Below, in pieces: positions 58,832 through 64,000 of a stretch of DNA of 64,000 nucleotides. The notes below the pieces were generated by a model. It was not told where the DNA came from and made no database searches. It was given only the letters and a program-made list of their open reading frames with translations. Source of the DNA: Candidatus Micrarchaeota archaeon (GTDB lineage Archaea > Micrarchaeota > Micrarchaeia > Anstonellales > Bilamarchaeaceae). Every line of letters begins with the position of its first letter. Position 1 is the stretch's first letter. The DNA lies in contig JBBSVN010000004.1 in the NCBI GenBank assembly GCA_038046765.1, forward strand, positions 64,001 to 128,000, given 5' to 3'. Position numbers and translations under genes: made by a program.

Positions 58832-59032
58832 CTAGAACCGGTCTTTTTCTTCTCGAACATCGTCTAAATTAAACCTTTTTGTCGAACCAAATAAATTTTT
58901 TTTCTTTGAGAAATGTTTGGCTAATATGACATTAACAAGTTCAGATAATTTTCTCATTGAACCGTACTCTTCTTTAGCTTCCCGCACGAGCAAACTATAA
59001 AGTTCATCTTTTATAAGAACAGTTGTCTTCAT
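58832..59032 (-). CDS. Putative antitoxin
   Basis: MKTTVLIKDELY; directly upstream of the PIN gene. Confidence 0.7.
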   Translation of the reverse strand: MKTTVLIKDELYSLLVREAKEEYGSMRKLSELVNVILAKHFSKKKNLFGSTKRFNLDDVREEKDRF

Positions 59033-59077
59033 GTTTTCACCATATAATTAGTATGGTATAAGGTTTTATAAACCTTC

Positions 59078-60247
59078 TTATTTTTTCATAAAAACTTCAA
59101 TCCGATCAAGTGCTTCGTCTAGTTTTTCCAAACTGGGTAAATAAACAATCCTAAAGAACATCCGGTCTGGCATTGTGCTAGTAAAGCCGCTACCTGGAAC
59201 GACTACGACTCCTTCCTTAAGTAAAGCGCGAACGAATTCCCAATCATTTTTGAATTTCTTTTTATCAGTAACTTCGACAAATGCGTAAAATGCCCCTTGG
59301 GGTTTAACCATCTTTAACCCTGGGATTTGTTTAATTCGTTTGTCCAAGAGGTCGCAGCGAATCTTTAACTCATGATTAAATGTTTTTACATGATCCTTTG
59401 GTCCACGTATCGCAGTAATTGCTGCTCGCTGCATTTCCCAATTAATACTAAGTCTTTGATTACAAAGTCTTTGAATTGCATCTTTTACGCTTTTCCATTC
59501 GTCGCCTTGCGAGCGAAACGCTAAGTAACCAACTCTTGCTCCAGGGTAAATATAATTTTTAGATAACGAGCTTCCGTTTACGATTGGAACATCTTTACAT
59601 AAATCTCTTAAATTCGCATGTTCACCATCGAATATAAGCATCTCATAAGCATCATCGCTAATTATGGGCAGTTTGAATTCACCAGCAATATTAACTATTT
59701 CCTGTAAAGTTTTCTTAGAATAAACTGCGCCTGTTGGATTATTTGGAGAAATCACCAGAATTGCTTTAGTATATTTATTGATCTTTTTTCGCATGTCATC
59801 GCAATCAGGTTCCCACTTTTCATCGCTTTCGTAAAAGAGTTCACTTCCAAAAGCAACTCTTTGTTTGGTTAAGTACAGTGGATAGGTTGGAGATGGTAAA
59901 ATAATATTTCTTCCTGGGTCAACCATTGCCTGGAATAAAAAATCAATTCCTTCGCTTAGGCCCGAACAAACAAAAACGTCAGATGGAGTTACTTTTTCAA
60001 AATCAGCTACTGCTTGTTTTAATTCCGGATCTCCCTCGCTTGGAGCGTAACCTGAATAATTTTTAGCGAGCGCTTCTTTAGCCGCATCTAATATATGCTT
60101 AGGGGGCCTAAATCCAAATGGGCCAGGATCCCCTATATTTAGGTAAATCATATTTTTTCCGGATTTTTCAAGGGCTTTTGCTTCCTGAACGATATCACGA
60201 ATTGGATAGCTAATTAGTTCGCTTTTTTTACTTGATTCGATTAACAT
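59078..60247 (-). CDS. PLP-dependent aminotransferase class I/II (alanine aminotransferase-like)
   Basis: LNIGDP, SPNNPTG, DDAY, SLSK...PGARVG. Confidence 0.92.
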   Translation of the reverse strand: MLIESSKKSELISYPIRDIVQEAKALEKSGKNMIYLNIGDPGPFGFRPPKHILDAAKEALAKNYSGYAPSEGDPELKQAVADFEKVTPSDVFVCSGLSEGIDFLFQAMVDPGRNIILPSPTYPLYLTKQRVAFGSELFYESDEKWEPDCDDMRKKINKYTKAILVISPNNPTGAVYSKKTLQEIVNIAGEFKLPIISDDAYEMLIFDGEHANLRDLCKDVPIVNGSSLSKNYIYPGARVGYLAFRSQGDEWKSVKDAIQRLCNQRLSINWEMQRAAITAIRGPKDHVKTFNHELKIRCDLLDKRIKQIPGLKMVKPQGAFYAFVEVTDKKKFKNDWEFVRALLKEGVVVVPGSGFTSTMPDRMFFRIVYLPSLEKLDEALDRIEVFMKK

Positions 60248-60344
60248 AAGAGATCACCAATTAAAGAGAAATTAGATATTTAATATAGCTAATAAAACGA
60301 AAATGATAAAAAAGAATACGCGTAAATTTAATTTAGGTGAAAAC

Positions 60345-60827
60345 ATGAAAAATAAATTAATATTAGGATTATTAATATTAGGAATTCTTTTCGTTTTTGG
60401 TTGTACCAAGATAGGTCAAGGTTCAACTTACATGCCTACACAAGGCGGAGGAACAATCGATTTAGCTGCCTGCGTACTTAAATGCAATAGTACAACTGAA
60501 GGAGGCGCAGTTGGTCTAGGAAGAATGGGCTGTAAATTAAATTGTTACTCTAACAAAGCAGTTGAAACAAAGCAACCTGAAACTTGTGATCCATTATTAA
60601 CTGATCCGGATGCAGGAATAAATGCATACACTGTTTGTCTGCAAACTTTAGGCAAGGATATAAGGAGTGCTGAACCTTGTAAACGAGTAGCTAACGAACC
60701 AGTTCAATATAACATATGTGTAAGCAACATCGCACAAAAAATAAATGACCCATCAATGTGCGAATTAATTGTCCCAGCAAATGGATATCTTGGAGAAAAA
60801 GCAGACTGTACAAAAGGTTCTAGATAA
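60345..60827 (+). CDS. Cys-rich lipoprotein
   Basis: AGGTGA SD; LFVFGC lipobox; repeated C...A.....C units. Confidence 0.7.
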   Translation: MKNKLILGLLILGILFVFGCTKIGQGSTYMPTQGGGTIDLAACVLKCNSTTEGGAVGLGRMGCKLNCYSNKAVETKQPETCDPLLTDPDAGINAYTVCLQTLGKDIRSAEPCKRVANEPVQYNICVSNIAQKINDPSMCELIVPANGYLGEKADCTKGSR

Positions 60828-60911
60828 GTTTTATAACTTTTTCTTTTTTTTTATTTTAATTTTGTTCGATAGGTATTTAATTGTGCAAGAGCTCATTAAA
60901 TTGGTGAACTT

Positions 60912-61822
60912 ATGGTATTTAGAGAAAAATTTGAAGAGAGAGAGAGAGTACTCCCAAGGCGAATATAACACCAGTTAAAGTAAACGATAATTATGTTCAA
61001 AACGTTGTCGCACTCCTTGCAAATAAAGATGATAAAATTCGGGAAAATGCCAGATCAGAACTAATTGAACTTGCTTCTAAAAATAAAGCTAATTTGGAAA
61101 AGATATGTAACTCGCTAGTTATGGTACTTGGTAAAGTTGGCTCAAGTGACAAGACAACTAAAGAACTTGACTCATTAGATAAAAAAATGAGTCTTATATC
61201 AGACCCAGTTAGTTTACAACTAGAGAAGATTGAGGGTAGAAAAGTGACTTATAACGAAACAATCAATTACCTAGAAAAAAATTCTCCCAAGCTTTTTGAA
61301 GAATGGCTAGGACTATCAACAAAAAGAAGGAAAATATTAGAGGGGAGTACTGAAGAAATAAAAATTTTGGAACATTTTGCAAAAGAGGGTATGATCCCAA
61401 AAGCAACGATTGGAAAGACAGTAGATCTGCTTATGAGTGATGGTCGTGCAACTGAAATGAGCTATGCTGCTTTGGCTATTTTTCAAAAATATAAAATGGA
61501 CATCTCCGAATTTATTCCAAGGATAATAAAAAGTGTTGAGAAGGCAGATAAATATAAAGACCCTGGAGTTTCTGTTTTATGGCTTGCTTTAAAAAATGGA
61601 GATTACTTTTATGACCAGGTAGCAAACCTAATGAAATTGCTAAAAAAACCGAATGCAGGCGAATTTGCAACAACTTTTCTTGCTGAAATAGCCAGTAAAA
61701 ATGAAAAATACTTGAACATGATAAAAAAAGAACTAATAAAAGTTAGAAAAACAGAAGATCTTGAAGACTTACAGGAAAAACGTATCGAATGGTTGGAAAG
61801 AAAGGTAGGTTTAAAGGAATAA
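60912..61822 (+). CDS. Helical (HEAT-like) protein frameshifted at an (AG)7 tract (302 aa if one AG is removed)
   Basis: GGTGA SD and ATG 60912 give MVFREKFEERER; the -1/+2 frame continues STPKANI...VALLANKDDKIRENARSEL into track ORF 61094. Confidence 0.7.
60935..60948 (+). repeat. (AG)7 simple sequence repeat
   Basis: agagagagagagag. Confidence 0.9.
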
Positions 61823-61870
61823 GACATACCATTTTATAATCTGTATTTTTTTTATTTTCTTTTTCTGAAT

Positions 61871-62254
61871 TTATTGTTTTTTAGCAATGCTAATAGTAAC
61901 TTTTTGAGGAGTACCGTTTACGATCAAAACTTTTTCTGTTGAAATCAATGTAACAGAGTCATCTTGACGACAATTAGTCACATCAATGCCACGAATAAAG
62001 TAACAATTTCCAGTTAAAGCACCAATAGTTTTTAGGTCAACTTCAGCTTTATTTTTTGCGGCGTTCCCAGAAATGAGATTTAGATAATTAAAATCCCCTT
62101 TCAAATAAAGCACACGATAAACATCGTTAACTTGATAATATTTGTAAAGCGAAGTATTCAGTTGCAAATTTGGCACATAAAGTATAAACTGTACAATTGA
62201 AAGAAAAACCAATAAAGATAGAACTGCTTCCAAAGTTTGCATATTAACCCCCAC
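61871..62254 (-). CDS. Pilin-like protein
   Basis: QTLEAVLSLLVF hydrophobic N-terminus. Confidence 0.55.
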   Translation of the reverse strand: MGVNMQTLEAVLSLLVFLSIVQFILYVPNLQLNTSLYKYYQVNDVYRVLYLKGDFNYLNLISGNAAKNKAEVDLKTIGALTGNCYFIRGIDVTNCRQDDSVTLISTEKVLIVNGTPQKVTISIAKKQ

Positions 62255-62711
62255 ATATAAATAATTGTCTTATTTCTTGATTGCTACCAGAACTCTCTTC
62301 ATACAACACTAAACGATAGATGCAGAAACGATAATCTTTTTGAACCCAGTCAATCGAAAGATTATTTAGTCCAGCTTCCTTAGCTAATGGTCCAAGATTT
62401 GAATCGATTTTAAGAAGTTCAGATTGGTTAACTAGATTCGGATAAATAATATTATTTTCAGAAGTATCGGATATTTCTTTTTTAGCAACAAGATTTTGTA
62501 CAGCATACTCGCTTATTGTAGTTAATTTATCAAATAGGATTTGATCTTCTAGGGCATTTTGGGAAAAATTTGAAAGTGTAAATTGTATTGAAATTGTTTG
62601 AACAATAATGATAACAATAACAAGTATGCTAAGTAACGCATCAAAAGATGCGAAGGCAGAACGGCTTTTCAAACAGACAATTTTTTTATACTGGTTCGTA
62701 GTTTTTGTCAT
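62244..62711 (-). CDS. Pilin-like protein
   Basis: RSA/FASFDALLSILV class III-like signal. Confidence 0.55.
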   Translation of the reverse strand: MTKTTNQYKKIVCLKSRSAFASFDALLSILVIVIIIVQTISIQFTLSNFSQNALEDQILFDKLTTISEYAVQNLVAKKEISDTSENNIIYPNLVNQSELLKIDSNLGPLAKEAGLNNLSIDWVQKDYRFCIYRLVLYEESSGSNQEIRQLFICGG

Positions 62712-63015
62712 TTAAATACCCGATTGTAGATCTTTTTATAGTTTGATTTTCATAAACAATGTAAATTGTCCGATTTTGAAAAATAAAATTTGTTTTTGAT
62801 GTATCAATCCATTTGTTCTTTGAAAATGCTAAGATATCGTAGGTCGTAGCCATTTCTTCAAGTTTAACTTTTAATTTTACAAAATCGATAAACAAATTAT
62901 TTGATTTTGCATAATTAATAAGCCCCGTAGATAGAATAATTAAGATGGATAAGTAAATTAAAAAGTTCAGCAGTACTTCAAGAGTAATCTGTCCTTTGAA
63001 ACAATTTCTCTTCAT
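62686..63015 (-). CDS. Pilin-like protein
   Basis: KG/QITLEVLL class III signal. Confidence 0.65.
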   Translation of the reverse strand: MKRNCFKGQITLEVLLNFLIYLSILIILSTGLINYAKSNNLFIDFVKLKVKLEEMATTYDILAFSKNKWIDTSKTNFIFQNRTIYIVYENQTIKRSTIGYLNDKNYEPV

Positions 63016-63019
63016 AAAT

Positions 63020-63664
63020 TTAACCCGTTATTTTATAATTACTTGGAACGTATCCGATGCTAACGACGCGGTAAGCTTTGTCAAAAACCGAAATCCCAAT
63101 TATCCCTTGTCTGGTCGAATCAGTTAATTGAACGGATTCTAAAATAGGGTAACCTGTTGAAACATCGACTTTTGAAATAATCATATTAGAACAAAAATCC
63201 AGATTCGAGCATGATGAACAAATTAACGCAGAGTTAGAACGTAACATGCTATCTTTGAGAATAGAAAAACTAGATGGAACATAATTATTGCACCAGAATT
63301 TGACTTCTACACTGTCCGCAAAATTTACATTTTTAATTGACATTATTTTTAGATAAACTGCGAGATTTACTGCATCTTCTGCTTCTTTCTCTTTATAGTT
63401 AGGTTTTGTTGGTTTTCTAGTGGCAACGGTAATGGCAATAGCCTTCTCTTCTTGTTCTTGAATATATTTATTTAACCCATCCCGTGCTCCTTCCCGAGCG
63501 AGTTCAATTATCGCATCTTTTGCATTAAGGTCTATTTTAGATACTCGGGAAAAGGAGATCGCTTGACTAAGATTTGTTTTATCAGAATAGGTTAAAGCTT
63601 CAAGAGATAAGAGTAACAAAATAACTGCAAAGAAAACTAGGATAAATGTAACGTAACCGCGCAT
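63020..63664 (-). CDS. Pilin-like protein
   Basis: MRG/YVTFILVFF class III-like signal. Confidence 0.55.
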   Translation of the reverse strand: MRGYVTFILVFFAVILLLLSLEALTYSDKTNLSQAISFSRVSKIDLNAKDAIIELAREGARDGLNKYIQEQEEKAIAITVATRKPTKPNYKEKEAEDAVNLAVYLKIMSIKNVNFADSVEVKFWCNNYVPSSFSILKDSMLRSNSALICSSCSNLDFCSNMIISKVDVSTGYPILESVQLTDSTRQGIIGISVFDKAYRVVSIGYVPSNYKITG

Positions 63665-63700
63665 AAAAATATTAAAAAGAAGGAAAATATAAAACTAGGT

Positions 63701-63880
63701 TTATTTTACCTTAACAGCGTAGCTCCCAACAGTAGTTATTTCTGCTACCTTTGCTACTTCTGAGCGTTCTGGATCAAGAATAATTACCATACCAGAGAAT
63801 TTTTCTGATAAGTCACCCTGGCATTTGGGACATTGTTTTTCTGTTGAAACGATATAACGACAATTTCTGCAAGCTTTCAT
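63701..63880 (-). CDS. spt4: Transcription elongation factor Spt4 (RpoE'')
   Basis: MKACRNC...CPKC...SGMVIILDPERSEVAK...GSYAVKVK; GGAGGT SD. Confidence 0.93.
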   Translation of the reverse strand: MKACRNCRYIVSTEKQCPKCQGDLSEKFSGMVIILDPERSEVAKVAEITTVGSYAVKVK

Positions 63881-63897
63881 AGGAATGTACCTCCGTG

Positions 63898-63981
63898 TTA
63901 GCATTGAGCTTTGAGTAATGAGCATTGAGCAACGTATTAGTTTCGTGACTCATTGCCCATGATACAATAGCCCATGGCTAG
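63898..63981. repeat. Heptamer-repeat palindromic element, copy 5
   Basis: ttagcat/tgagctt/tgagtaa/tgagcat/tgagcaa - cgtattagtttcg - tgactca/ttgccca/tgataca/tagccca/tggctag. Confidence 0.85.
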
Positions 63982-64000
63982 TAATGATTATTTCTCTTTC

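Noticed and set aside
60769..60978. 69-aa ORF spanning the AG tract
   Set aside because: It overlaps the upstream gene end and a T-rich terminator-like tract; the SD-linked ATG at 60912 is in a different frame
11781..63981. CRISPR array interpretation of the heptamer or direct repeats
   Set aside because: No regularly spaced 25-45-bp repeats with unique spacers and no cas genes

Overview
AT-rich archaeal chromosomal window, most consistent with a DPANN (probably Micrarchaeota-like) organism. This is inferred from ATP-dependent DNA ligase, Nop5, Spt4/RpoE'', Dph6, class III pilins, GGTGA/GAGGT Shine-Dalgarno sites and a BHB tRNA intron. Housekeeping genes (lig, purD, rsmA, pepA, hisS, nop5, dph6, spt4) alternate with six toxin-antitoxin pairs, type IV pilus genes, VirB4-like secretion genes and many orphans. 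Highlights: (1) A diversity-generating retroelement (target, TR and RT, about 6.7-9.1 kb). All 17 TR/VR mismatches fall at TR adenines, the VR is internal, no avd gene is visible, and the RT is frameshifted at an (AG)7 tract. (2) The identical 24-nt AAAAATTTGA(AG)7 motif frameshifts a second, unrelated gene at 60.9 kb by the same offset. (3) An AbrB / D,D-dipeptidase / aaRS-like / racemase / hisS operon whose first three genes have no in-frame ATG at their natural 5' ends and sit behind out-of-frame leader ORFs sharing an AGG-GAT-xTx-Cxx-CAY motif, suggesting programmed +1 frameshifting or AUU initiation. (4) Three tandem NlpC/P60-like proteins next to that operon, suggesting a peptidoglycan-attacking locus in an archaeon. 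(5) Five dispersed palindromic elements built from 7-nt TGAGCNN repeats. (6) A tRNA-Pro with a non-canonical T-loop intron. Protein calls come from motif recognition by eye; no database searches were run.
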